Shown: positions 9,691-19,329 of the stretch, piece after piece
Numbering within the stretch: the stretch's first letter is position 1
How the letters are laid out: each line of letters begins with the position of its first letter
Position numbers and translations under genes: made by a program
Notes under the pieces: generated by a model
What the model was told of the DNA's origin: nothing
Seen by the model: only the letters and a program-made list of their open reading frames with translations
Databases searched by the model: none
Assembly: GCA_016717265.1 (NCBI GenBank)
Contig: JADKFX010000001.1
Span: 1,590,387-1,654,386, forward strand
Direction: 5' to 3'
From: Saprospiraceae bacterium
GTDB taxonomy: Bacteria > Bacteroidota > Bacteroidia > Chitinophagales > Saprospiraceae
DNA: 64,000 nt

Positions 9691-10521
9691 ATGAATGAGA
9701 AACTTTTCAAGCCATATTCTGGTTGGATTTTCCTGGTGTTAATTTTTGTTTTTATTGGAGGCATTCTATTGTTGGAGCCAATTCCATTAAAGATCGTTTG
9801 CGCCATTATCATGTTGTTGATTACACCAGGCTTTATCATCGTGAATCCAAATGGTTCCAAAGTAATGACTCTATTTGGTAAATATGTTGGTTCTGTAAAG
9901 CAAGATGGTTTTTTTTGGGCCAATCCATTTTTCAATAAACGAAATATGTCATTGCGGGCTAGAAATTTTGAAAGTGAGCGATTAAAAGTCAATGATAAAA
10001 GAGGAAATCCAATTCAGATAGGTGTAATCCTGGTATGGAAGGTAAAAGACACATTTAAAGCTCAATTTGAAGTAGAAGATTATATGCAATTTGTTAAAGT
10101 ACAAACAGATGCTGCAGTTAGAAAACTTGCAGGCAGCTTTGCTTATGACCATGTGGATGATCACAATGAAATTACCCTTAGATCTGAAGAAAGCGAGGTG
10201 AACAGGTTATTGGAAAAAGAACTACAGGAACGATTATTAATTACAGGAATAGAAGTGCTGGAAGCACGAATTGGGTATTTGGCATATGCACCAGAAATTG
10301 CTGCTGCGATGTTAAAACGTCAACAAGCTGAAGCCATTGTATCTGCTCGTTTCAAAATTGTGGATGGCGCGATTGGAATGGTAGATGGCGCTCTTAAACA
10401 ATTGGCAGAGAAGAATATTGTAAGTTTAGATGCTCATGAGAAAGTTAGATTAGTAAGTAATTTAATGGTTGTTCTTTGTTCAGATAAGGAAACCACCCCA
10501 ATTATTGAAACGAGTGCATAA
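9691..10521 (+). CDS. SPFH/band-7 domain membrane protein
   Basis: Two N-terminal TM helices are followed by a prohibitin-like core ('NDKRGNPIQIGVILVWKV') and a coiled-coil region ('AAAMLKRQQAEAIVSAR'). Confidence 0.8.
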   Translation: MNEKLFKPYSGWIFLVLIFVFIGGILLLEPIPLKIVCAIIMLLITPGFIIVNPNGSKVMTLFGKYVGSVKQDGFFWANPFFNKRNMSLRARNFESERLKVNDKRGNPIQIGVILVWKVKDTFKAQFEVEDYMQFVKVQTDAAVRKLAGSFAYDHVDDHNEITLRSEESEVNRLLEKELQERLLITGIEVLEARIGYLAYAPEIAAAMLKRQQAEAIVSARFKIVDGAIGMVDGALKQLAEKNIVSLDAHEKVRLVSNLMVVLCSDKETTPIIETSA

Positions 10522-10589
10522 AAATTCTTAAATTAGTTTAAAGAACGTAGCTATAGCAAAGCCTCTGCTTTTGTTTTATTTTTGCAAGA

Positions 10590-12419
10590 ATGACGCTGGA
10601 TGATTTTAAGCTATTATTGGAGGGCGGTATCCCAAAAGATCCGGGAGTGTATCGGTTCTTAGGGATCAACGAAGAAATTTTATATGTTGGAAAAGCCAAA
10701 AATCTTAAGAATCGCTTAAACTCTTATTTCGGCGATAAAAAGTATATTTTAGCAAAAACCAAAGCACTCGTTCGAAATGCTAAAAGTATTGAGTTTACGA
10801 TAACGAATTCAGAGCAGGATGCCTTATTACTCGAAAATTCTCTTATTAAAACACACCAACCTAAGTATAATGTTATGCTTAAGGATGGTAAAACTTATGC
10901 GTATATCTGTATAAAGAAAGAGGATTTTCCCCGCGTTTTTTTTACTAGAAAGTTAATTAAAGATGGATCTACTTATTTTGGACCTTATGCGTCAAAATAT
11001 AAAGCAGAAATTATTTTGCAATTAATTAAAACATTATTTCCATTACGTACCTGTAATCTTAATTTGTCTCCTACAGCATTATCTAAAAATAGTTATAAAG
11101 TTTGTCTGGAGTATCATATTAAAAATTGCAATGGTCCCTGTCAACATTTTGAATCCGTAGATGCTTACAAAAATAAGCTTGAACAAATTAAAAATATGTT
11201 AAAGGGACATCTTAAAAAGGTTCGGGAGTTTCTGCTTGATCAAATGAGATATCATGCTGAAAATATGGAATTTGAAAAGGCACAAGAGTGTAAAATTAAG
11301 CTGAGTGCATTTGAAGATTATCAAGGAAAATCAACAGTAGTAAGTACCTCCATTAAGGATGTTGATGTGTTTTCAATCGCATGGGATGACAACGATGCTT
11401 ATATTCATTTTTTAAAAGTTATAGATGGGGCAATTATACATACCTACACCTTAGAGGCAAGTAAAAATTGTGATGATGATCCTGCCCAGATCCTTTCTCT
11501 TGCAGTACCCATGTTAAGGGAAAAATTTGATAGTATTGCGCCTGAAATCATCGTACCGCTTTTAGTATGTATCCCTGATAAAGAAGTAGAAATTACGATT
11601 CCAAAAGTTGGTGACAAGAAAAAACTTTTGGACCTTTCGATAAGTAATATTCAGTATTATCAAATGCAGAAGCGAAGGGAACAGATGAATAAAGGGAGTA
11701 AATTATCTCCAACAGAGCGAATACTTAAAACCTTGCAAAATGATTTGCATTTGAAAGAAGTTCCCTTTCACATAGAATGTTTTGACAATTCAAATATTCA
11801 AGGTACAGACCCTGTTGCTGCTTGTGTAGTATTTAGAAATGCAAAGCCATTAAAAAAAGATTATCGCCATTTTAATATAAAAACCGTAGAGGGTCCAAAT
11901 GATTTTGCATCTATGGAAGAAGTGGTATACAGAAGATATAAACGCCTGATTGATGAAGGTCAAACCTTACCTCAGTTGGTCATCATTGATGGTGGTAAAG
12001 GTCAATTGTCATCTGCTATGAAAGCATTGCATGTTTTGGATTTGCACTCAAAAATGACAGTAGTTGGTATTGCAAAAAAATTGGAAGAAATCTATTTTCC
12101 GAATGATCCAATTCCGTTACATATAAATAAAAAGTCAGAATCTTTACGCCTTATTCAACAATTAAGAAATGAAGCGCATCGTTTTGGTTTAACATTTCAT
12201 AGAAACCAGCGATCTAAAAATTTTATTAAAACGGAGTTAATTAATATTCAAGGAATCGGGGTAAAAACGGCACAAAAACTTTTAACAAGATTCGGTTCAG
12301 TTCACGGGATTAAAAATGCCCATCTTGATGAAATTGAAAAATCTGTTGGTAAGGAATTGGCAAAGAAATTAATTGCACATTTTGATTTGCATCATGTAGA
12401 AATTAAAGACGATCATTAA
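10590..12419 (+). CDS. uvrC: Excinuclease ABC subunit C
   Basis: It has a GIY-YIG module ('PGVYRFLG..EILYVGKAKNLKNRLNSYF'), a UVR domain, an endonuclease V-like core ('IECFDNSNIQGTDPVA') and a C-terminal HhH ('IQGIGVKTAQKLLTRFGS'). Confidence 0.95.
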   Translation: MTLDDFKLLLEGGIPKDPGVYRFLGINEEILYVGKAKNLKNRLNSYFGDKKYILAKTKALVRNAKSIEFTITNSEQDALLLENSLIKTHQPKYNVMLKDGKTYAYICIKKEDFPRVFFTRKLIKDGSTYFGPYASKYKAEIILQLIKTLFPLRTCNLNLSPTALSKNSYKVCLEYHIKNCNGPCQHFESVDAYKNKLEQIKNMLKGHLKKVREFLLDQMRYHAENMEFEKAQECKIKLSAFEDYQGKSTVVSTSIKDVDVFSIAWDDNDAYIHFLKVIDGAIIHTYTLEASKNCDDDPAQILSLAVPMLREKFDSIAPEIIVPLLVCIPDKEVEITIPKVGDKKKLLDLSISNIQYYQMQKRREQMNKGSKLSPTERILKTLQNDLHLKEVPFHIECFDNSNIQGTDPVAACVVFRNAKPLKKDYRHFNIKTVEGPNDFASMEEVVYRRYKRLIDEGQTLPQLVIIDGGKGQLSSAMKALHVLDLHSKMTVVGIAKKLEEIYFPNDPIPLHINKKSESLRLIQQLRNEAHRFGLTFHRNQRSKNFIKTELINIQGIGVKTAQKLLTRFGSVHGIKNAHLDEIEKSVGKELAKKLIAHFDLHHVEIKDDH

Positions 12420-12429
12420 ATTGAAATCA

Positions 12430-13440
12430 ATGAAGGTAATAGTAACAGGAGGATGTGGTTATATTGGAAGTCATACCATGGTAGATTTAATTCAAAATGG
12501 CTTTGAAGTGATTTCTGTAGATTCATTGATTAATTCTAATGAAGATGTATTAGTCGGTATTGAAAAAATTACAGGTCAAAAGGTTAAAAATTATCAAATT
12601 GATTTATCTAAAGCGGATAGTTGGAGGCTTATAGAAAAGAATGAATCGGGAATCATTGGAATCATACATTTTGCAGCATTGAAAGCAGTTGGAGAATCTG
12701 TTAAAAAACCATTGGCCTATTATGAAAATAATGTAGGTGCATTGATGCAAGTACTTGAATGGATGAATTATTCAAATATTCCAAATTTGATTTTTTCATC
12801 TTCATGCACAGTTTATGGAGAATCATCTGATTTACCTGTTGTTGAGTCCGCAGAATTCAGACCGACAGCATCTCCATATGGTCGAACAAAACAAATTTGT
12901 GAGTGGTTGATCCAGGATTTCTTTAAGACATCCGGTAAAAAGGCTATCTCCCTCCGGTATTTCAATCCGGCAGGAGCACATGACTCAATCCTTATTGGTG
13001 AAGCTGCATCTAATATAGCCTTAAATTTAGTGCCTGTAATTACAGAAACTGCTATAGGTAAACGAAAGTCAATGACAGTCTATGGCTCGGATTATAATAC
13101 AAAAGATGGTACTTGTATACGCGATTATATTCATGTTATGGATTTAGCGGAGGCGCATACTTCGGCACTCCAATATTTGCTTAGTACTAAGCAAGAACTG
13201 CCGGATGATGCGTTCAATCTTGGCATGGGAAAAGGATTGAGTGTATTGGAAATTATTAAAGCCTTTGAAAAGGTAAGTGGTTTGAAATTTAATTATGAAC
13301 TTGGCCCCAGACGACCCGGAGATATCCCGGCCATTTTTGCAGATTCAACAAAAGCAAAGAGACTTTTAAATTGGGCGCCTAATCGAACTGTTGATGATAT
13401 ACTGAGAACAGCGTGGGAATGGGAAAACGTAAGAAATTAA
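12430..13440 (+). CDS. galE: UDP-glucose 4-epimerase
   Basis: It has a Rossmann motif ('VTGGCGYIGSHT') and the catalytic 'SPYGRTK'. 'LRYFNPAGAH' and 'GTCIRDYIHVMDLAEAH' are also present. The ATG at 12430 is preferred over the TTG at 12421. Confidence 0.9.
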   Translation: MKVIVTGGCGYIGSHTMVDLIQNGFEVISVDSLINSNEDVLVGIEKITGQKVKNYQIDLSKADSWRLIEKNESGIIGIIHFAALKAVGESVKKPLAYYENNVGALMQVLEWMNYSNIPNLIFSSSCTVYGESSDLPVVESAEFRPTASPYGRTKQICEWLIQDFFKTSGKKAISLRYFNPAGAHDSILIGEAASNIALNLVPVITETAIGKRKSMTVYGSDYNTKDGTCIRDYIHVMDLAEAHTSALQYLLSTKQELPDDAFNLGMGKGLSVLEIIKAFEKVSGLKFNYELGPRRPGDIPAIFADSTKAKRLLNWAPNRTVDDILRTAWEWENVRN

Positions 13441-13600
13441 AAAATCTTTTTTCTATTGCGATTTTACATGTCATTTGAATAAGATCATTCGAATCAATAA
13501 ATCAACTGAAATTTTATCATTGCAGGATCTTTTAAATGTTATAATAGATTTGGTAATAAGTAAACTGATTGAATATAAAACATAATAACTTTACTGCGAA

Positions 13601-13993
13601 ATGCCTTCTATTCTTAGGAAACTTGCACGAAATCCAAAAACCTTATTTCTGGTAGATGGCTTAGGAGCTTTGCTCACTGCTTTTTTATTGTTTGTAATTT
13701 TGATGCCATTCAACAAGTATTTTGGAATGCCATTGGAAGTATTAAAATTCCTTGCGATTTTGGCAGGAATGTTTTGTATTTATTCGTTTGCATGCTTTTT
13801 CTTTTTATCCGACAATTGGCATGCATTCCTATTTGCAATCAGCATTGCTAATTTGCTATATTGTTGTTTGACAATAAGCCTTGTAATTTATTATTACCAA
13901 AGGCTCACCATTTTAAGTTTGACTTACTTTTTAGTAGAAGTCATTTTAGTTAGTGGACTTATCTGGCTTGAAATAAAAGTATTACGCAAGTAA
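13601..13993 (+). CDS. Hypothetical integral membrane protein (4 predicted TM helices)
   Basis: The call rests only on the hydrophobic helix pattern. No family was recognised. Confidence 0.45.
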   Translation: MPSILRKLARNPKTLFLVDGLGALLTAFLLFVILMPFNKYFGMPLEVLKFLAILAGMFCIYSFACFFFLSDNWHAFLFAISIANLLYCCLTISLVIYYYQRLTILSLTYFLVEVILVSGLIWLEIKVLRK

Positions 13994-14286
13994 ATACAAA
14001 TGTCAAAGGTTTTGTATTTTAAATATCATTATAAAATTATTCAAACCACTATTTTCACATAGGTAAAATAACGATTCAGATTCTTGCTAGGAATATTTAT
14101 GCAAGTGTTTATATTGCTGCATCGAATGAACCACAATCTAAGGGGTCGACTACTTTGAAAAGCTAAAATTCAATTTAATATTGCTAAGATTGTCCACGAT
14201 ATTCAGAAGAGTAGAAAAATTTGTTGGTTTAATATGATTTCAATATAAATTTTTATAAAAATTTCAATAGTTTATAAGTAATTGCT

Positions 14287-14838
14287 TTAGCTTGATTGTT
14301 GTAGAATATATTTTCTCCAAAAATAACCTCCAATTAATACAAAAAATGAAATCAACCCAATAAATTGTAATTCTGCTTTTAAAATATACCATCCATATTC
14401 AGTGAAGAAAGCTTGTAAGTTTAATGGTGAAACAGGTATGGGTCTAATAGAGAAAAAATATCGATCCGCCAAAAAGGGAGTAAAAAATCCTACTCCCAAA
14501 CCTCCAGTTGTCATGGCATCAAAAAGTCCATGGCTTATGGTGCACAAAAAATAATACCAACAAATGTTTAAAAATTTGATTTTATCTTTTCTAAACTCTT
14601 TAAAAAAGAGGGCAGTAATGATGATACTAAGTATGAATGCAAATACAATGGAATGGCTTAATCCGCGGTGTCCGAATATAGAATCATAGGGGATGCCATA
14701 TTCAAATCCCAGGACATCCAAATCAGGAATTATTGCACAACTAACAGACAAAAGTATTGTTGGTAACAATTTTGCTTTATAAGGTCTGAAGGGTGTCAGA
14801 CTAAGAGCAAAAAGGGCATGGCCAAAAGCAGATGGCAT
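14287..14838 (-). CDS. Membrane-bound metal-dependent hydrolase (YdjM/DUF457-like)
   Basis: 'FGHALFALS', 'IPDLDVLG' and 'GHRGLSHSI' motifs occur in a polytopic membrane protein. Confidence 0.7.
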   Translation of the reverse strand: MPSAFGHALFALSLTPFRPYKAKLLPTILLSVSCAIIPDLDVLGFEYGIPYDSIFGHRGLSHSIVFAFILSIIITALFFKEFRKDKIKFLNICWYYFLCTISHGLFDAMTTGGLGVGFFTPFLADRYFFSIRPIPVSPLNLQAFFTEYGWYILKAELQFIGLISFFVLIGGYFWRKYILQQSS

Positions 14839-14861
14839 AATTAGGTAGTATTCATTAAGAA

Positions 14862-16040
14862 TTATAAACCTACGAATAAATTTACACTAATTTGATCTGC
14901 AATGTATTTGCCTTTGCGGGTTAGACAATATTTTTCATTTATAATTGTCATATTTCCAATTTCGATTTGTTTTAGTACTTGAGATTTTATGTAGCTGAAG
15001 AATTCACCGAAATGATGCTCAATATATACAAGGTCGAGGCCTTCAATCCGTCTCAATTGTAACATGAGATATTCATTACAATGGTTTTTCTTACTTAAGA
15101 CTTCGGTTTCGAAATAAATTAGATTGTTTTCAATAGCTTGAATATATAAATTATTATTGGCAATATTCCATCTACGGATGTCCCCTAAGTAAGAATGTGC
15201 AGCAGGACCAAATCCGAAATACGGCACGCCTTCCCAATATGCACTATTATGTTTTGCCCGAAAGGATTTCTTAGAGAAATTTGAAATTTCATAAGCTTCA
15301 TAGGAATGAGCATCACAAAAATCTAATAAGCAATCCATTTGCGTGAGATTAGAGAATTCTTCTGGAAGCTGAATTGTATTTAATTGTACTTTTTTATACA
15401 AATCAGTCTTTTCTTCCAAGGTGAGAGCATATGCTGAGAAATGAGGAGCTTGGTAGCCTAAAACATATTCTAAATTTTTTAACCAACTTTGATAATTCTG
15501 TCCTGGAAGTCCATACATTAGATCTATACTAAAATTTGAAAATCCAGCCTGGATTGTAAATTCGATAGCATCATGTGATTGTTTTACATTGTGCGCTCTA
15601 TTCATCCAACGCAAATCAGGTTCATGAAAAGATTGGACGCCAATACTTAGCCGGTTAATTCCAAGCTGAAGTAATTGATCCAAATAGCCTGGATTTAAAT
15701 CGTCTGGGTTAGCTTCTAATGTAATTTCAGGATTTTTTGTTAATTTATAATTTGTGCGAATTGTATTTAATAATTTGTTAAGCTCAGATTCGTTTAGTAA
15801 TGATGGGGTGCCACCACCAAAATAAATAGATTGAATTATGAAACTATCTCCTTCTGCAGATCGCGTTTCAATTTCAAATATTAAGGCATTAAATAATAGG
15901 TTTTTTGTACGTAAATTCGTTGAGAAATGAAAATTGCAATAGCTACATTTGCGCTTACAATAAGGAATATGTATGTATAAACCAGCAGGCTTGTATAACT
16001 CCTTTTCAACGATCTCCGTTTTTTCTGGTATTATCAGCAT
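14862..16040 (-). CDS. hemW: Radical SAM heme chaperone HemW (oxygen-independent coproporphyrinogen oxidase-like)
   Basis: It has 'LYIHIPYCKRKCSYCNF' (CxxxCxxC), 'YFGGGTPS' and a HemN_C-like tail. Confidence 0.9.
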   Translation of the reverse strand: MLIIPEKTEIVEKELYKPAGLYIHIPYCKRKCSYCNFHFSTNLRTKNLLFNALIFEIETRSAEGDSFIIQSIYFGGGTPSLLNESELNKLLNTIRTNYKLTKNPEITLEANPDDLNPGYLDQLLQLGINRLSIGVQSFHEPDLRWMNRAHNVKQSHDAIEFTIQAGFSNFSIDLMYGLPGQNYQSWLKNLEYVLGYQAPHFSAYALTLEEKTDLYKKVQLNTIQLPEEFSNLTQMDCLLDFCDAHSYEAYEISNFSKKSFRAKHNSAYWEGVPYFGFGPAAHSYLGDIRRWNIANNNLYIQAIENNLIYFETEVLSKKNHCNEYLMLQLRRIEGLDLVYIEHHFGEFFSYIKSQVLKQIEIGNMTIINEKYCLTRKGKYIADQISVNLFVGL

Positions 16041-17769
16041 ATTATTTTTTTCATTTTTACAGAAAAATTACGCACAATCAGGTTTCAAGTATGAAGTATT
16101 TGTAGATCAAGACCAAAGCCACCACGAATTTTCCAAAATACAAGATAGTTTGCAATTGATTGCAAAGATACAAGATTGGATTTCTGATGAAAGGCAAAAT
16201 GGTTATTTGTTAGCTGGAATAGATTCCATTATTTCAAAGAGTTTAGTATCCGTTTACCTAAATAAGGGTCAGCAATTTAAATATGTTCGTTTGATTGAAA
16301 TTCAAGGTTCAGATGTCGACTGGAAAATGGATTCAAAGATTCAAGAATCTAAACATAATTCTTCGCCTGAATTCTGGGCATTATTATTTGATGAATGGAT
16401 TCAGAAGAAAGCCAGTTTTGGTTATCCTTTTGCAAGAATTGATTTTTTGCAAGTAATGCAGTCAGAAGATACTCTTGTTGCATATGTTAGTTTGAATCCT
16501 GGTCCTGAAATTGTTTTTAAGCAAACGGATCAAAGAAACAAAATAATATTTAAGGAGTTTGTTTTAAATAAAGTCACTGGTGTTTTTCCGGGTAGAATTT
16601 ATAATCAATTGCTTGTCGATCGAATGCTTCCAAGTTTATCCAAATTGTCATATCTTAATATAAAGTCGGCTCCGCGTGTACTTTTTTTGGGAAATGAAGG
16701 AATTGTCTGGCTTTATCTTGAAAAAGCAAAAGCAAATAAATTTGAAATTTTATTGGGATTAAGTTCTGAAACCGGACTTGCAGCAAAGAAGTATAGATTA
16801 ACTGGGGAGGCAGGGTTTGACATTCAAAATACAATGAAATATGGCGAACGAATCTTTATGAGATATGAAAATCTTAGTGAAAATTCTCCGCGTCTTAAAT
16901 TAGGTTTTGATTTTCCATATATTCGGATATTGCCTTTAGGGTTTTCAGCCGATTTTAATTTGTTTAAATTTGGTGAACAATATTTGGATATTAGTTCCCA
17001 ATTATTTATTTCGTATCCCTGGTCGAGAAATCAAAAAACTGCAATTTCATTTGGTTACCATGGATCATCGATATTAAGCCCAGATACCTTGAGTTTGATT
17101 CGAGCAAAGAGACTCCCAAGTCAATTGGATTATCGTTTTCTAACGGCTGGTTTAAATTATAAATTTAACAATTTAGAGTATCCAGTAAATCCTAGAAAAG
17201 GAATTCTAATGCTTCTGGATTTAAAAGTAGGGAGAAAAGAATTTCTTGCGAATAATGTATTACTATCCTATGAATCAAACGATCTTCATATTCAATCTCA
17301 GTTTGATAGTTTGAATCAAAATCAAGAACAGGCTGTTTATAATTTAGAAGGTTCTTTATTTGTTCCACTTGCTCAAAGGCATATACTCCTTTTTAAATTT
17401 TCAACTACGGGTATTTTAAGTGCTGGGAAAATTTTGGAAAATGAATTGATTCGAGTGGGAGGCTATAAAAATCTAAGAGGTTTTGATGAAGATTTTTATA
17501 GGTGTTCTAATGCATTTATACAAACAGTTGAATATCGATTTTTATTAGATCGGAATAGTTTTGTAAATATATTTTCTGATTTTGCATATTTAAAACAACC
17601 GAAGGATGAACTGTTTGAATGGAATTGGTATGAAGGAATTGGTATCGGTATTCAGTTTCAAACAAAAGTGGGTGCCTTTTCGTTGCAATATGCAATCGGA
17701 GCAAACAAATCAGAAGCTTTTAATTTTGGAAACGGTAAAGTACATTTTGGGTATTCTAGCCTTTTTTAA
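15973..17769 (+). CDS. Omp85/BamA-family outer-membrane protein
   Basis: It has a signal-like 'ISVFSGIISILFFSFLQKNYAQS'. The C-terminal barrel carries 'RVGGYKNLRGFDED' and a terminal 'HFGYSSLF'. The start is uncertain (ATG 15973 or TTG 15991). Either start overlaps the hemW 5' end. Confidence 0.65.
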   Translation: MYKPAGLYNSFSTISVFSGIISILFFSFLQKNYAQSGFKYEVFVDQDQSHHEFSKIQDSLQLIAKIQDWISDERQNGYLLAGIDSIISKSLVSVYLNKGQQFKYVRLIEIQGSDVDWKMDSKIQESKHNSSPEFWALLFDEWIQKKASFGYPFARIDFLQVMQSEDTLVAYVSLNPGPEIVFKQTDQRNKIIFKEFVLNKVTGVFPGRIYNQLLVDRMLPSLSKLSYLNIKSAPRVLFLGNEGIVWLYLEKAKANKFEILLGLSSETGLAAKKYRLTGEAGFDIQNTMKYGERIFMRYENLSENSPRLKLGFDFPYIRILPLGFSADFNLFKFGEQYLDISSQLFISYPWSRNQKTAISFGYHGSSILSPDTLSLIRAKRLPSQLDYRFLTAGLNYKFNNLEYPVNPRKGILMLLDLKVGRKEFLANNVLLSYESNDLHIQSQFDSLNQNQEQAVYNLEGSLFVPLAQRHILLFKFSTTGILSAGKILENELIRVGGYKNLRGFDEDFYRCSNAFIQTVEYRFLLDRNSFVNIFSDFAYLKQPKDELFEWNWYEGIGIGIQFQTKVGAFSLQYAIGANKSEAFNFGNGKVHFGYSSLF

Positions 17770-18682
17770 AACGGATTAGTTTTTTGACAAAATGCAATAT
17801 TTTGCAACCGAAATGAGATTCCCATTTATAAACAAAATAGGGCTCATTTATAGACCCAAATCCTTGCATAAAATAGGCAATTCCCGGTATCATACTTCCT
17901 TCAAAATCTAATATTGCATTTTGATTACTATAGGTTTTAATTACGTGATTAAGAATTGCATGCATTGCAAAGTCTTTTTTGCCAGCTTGAGTAGAACATG
18001 AAATTAAATAGACTATCCGATTATTATATTTTGTAAAAAATGCCTGCGCAAGGATCTCTTTATTTTTATTCGTTGCATTTAAAATGAATCCATAATTTCT
18101 CATAAGACACTGATTTATGAGCTTGTTGATTAGATTTTTATTTTTATATTTAGAAATTATAGATTGATTACTATATTTATTGTAAAAGCTGGAGAACGAA
18201 TCGGGATCTATTGAGTTTTGGATTTCGATACCCATCCGATCACAATGCTTTAGATTTAATTTATGGCCATTTCTAAATTTTTTATATAATTGATCATAGG
18301 GTTGATTCAAGGGTAATATATAATTGTTTCTAATTTGTTCATGAATATTATTTGGAATATAAGTTAATTTATTGGATATACTTAATAGTCCACATTTGAT
18401 ATGGCTTAGTATAAAAGTTAAAGTATTTGCATCTATTTCTAGATTGTTTTGTAAAGGTATCGGGTCAATTCTTTGAATATAAGGAGGAATAAATGCTTGG
18501 TTTATAAAAAGTATATTTTTTGATGGTATAAACCAAATCAATTGATCACTTACAATTTTGTAAGCTTCTTTACATGCAAGTTCTAGATACCATTGTTCTT
18601 GTGTAATACTATGAATATATGGATTTGAATTTTTGGTTTCAAATTTTGAAATTGGGAGTTTAGTTATTGAAATAGGTTTCAT
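17756..18682 (-). CDS. Hypothetical protein, possibly FemAB/BioF2-like GNAT-fold acyltransferase
   Basis: There is only a weak resemblance ('ILAQAFFTKYNNRIVYLISCSTQAGKKDFAMHAILNHVI...LDFEGS'). It has an ATGA overlap with the upstream methyltransferase gene. Confidence 0.35.
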   Translation of the reverse strand: MKPISITKLPISKFETKNSNPYIHSITQEQWYLELACKEAYKIVSDQLIWFIPSKNILFINQAFIPPYIQRIDPIPLQNNLEIDANTLTFILSHIKCGLLSISNKLTYIPNNIHEQIRNNYILPLNQPYDQLYKKFRNGHKLNLKHCDRMGIEIQNSIDPDSFSSFYNKYSNQSIISKYKNKNLINKLINQCLMRNYGFILNATNKNKEILAQAFFTKYNNRIVYLISCSTQAGKKDFAMHAILNHVIKTYSNQNAILDFEGSMIPGIAYFMQGFGSINEPYFVYKWESHFGCKILHFVKKLIRFKKG

Positions 18683-19323
18683 GAATCCACGCGAATAGAA
18701 ATACTAAGTCCATCTCGGAGCGGTAAAATCTGGGTATTCCATTTTTTTGATGCAGCTAAAGTTCTATTGAATAGATCGAGTATTTTAGTCTCTTCATCTT
18801 TTTGAGTTTGGATTACTTTTCCATACCAAAGTACATTATCGGCAATCAGGATACTTCCAGGTTTCATTTTTGCTTCTAGAATTGTAAGCAATTCAAGATA
18901 TTTATTTTTTGCAGCATCTAAAAATACAAGGTCATATGCAATATTAAATGTGGGAATTAACTCTAAAGCATCTCCCTTATACCATTTGATTTTAGGATAA
19001 ACTTTAGACTTAGAAGCATACGCTTGTATTAAATGATCATACGTATCCACAATTTCAATTGTATGTAATTGACCATCAGAGGAAAGTCCTTCTGCAAGAC
19101 ACAATGCACTATAGCCAGTAAACGTACCAATTTCAAGAATATACTTTGGTTGTTTTAAACGGGAAATTAAGCTTAAAAAGCGACCTTGCATTTTGCCTGA
19201 AACCATTTGTGGTGCGATCGTTTGAAGATAGGTTTGTCGTTCCAATTCCAGAAGTACCGCATCTTCTGCGTGGCTCAATAATTCACAATAGTCCGATAAT
19301 GTAATTAAATCTTTAGAATGCAT
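18679..19323 (-). CDS. Class I SAM-dependent O-methyltransferase (caffeoyl-CoA OMT/YrrM family)
   Basis: It has 'ILEIGTFTGYSALCLAEGL', 'DLVFLDAAKNKY' and 'PGSILIADNVLWYGKV'. The ATG at 19323 is preferred over the TTG at 19326. Confidence 0.85.
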   Translation of the reverse strand: MHSKDLITLSDYCELLSHAEDAVLLELERQTYLQTIAPQMVSGKMQGRFLSLISRLKQPKYILEIGTFTGYSALCLAEGLSSDGQLHTIEIVDTYDHLIQAYASKSKVYPKIKWYKGDALELIPTFNIAYDLVFLDAAKNKYLELLTILEAKMKPGSILIADNVLWYGKVIQTQKDEETKILDLFNRTLAASKKWNTQILPLRDGLSISIRVDS

Positions 19324-19329
19324 CAAGAA

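Noticed and set aside
9675-10164. Minus-strand ORFs 9675-9992 and 9982-10164 overlapping the SPFH gene
   Set aside because: They are antisense to a gene with a clear band-7 signature and are likely spurious.
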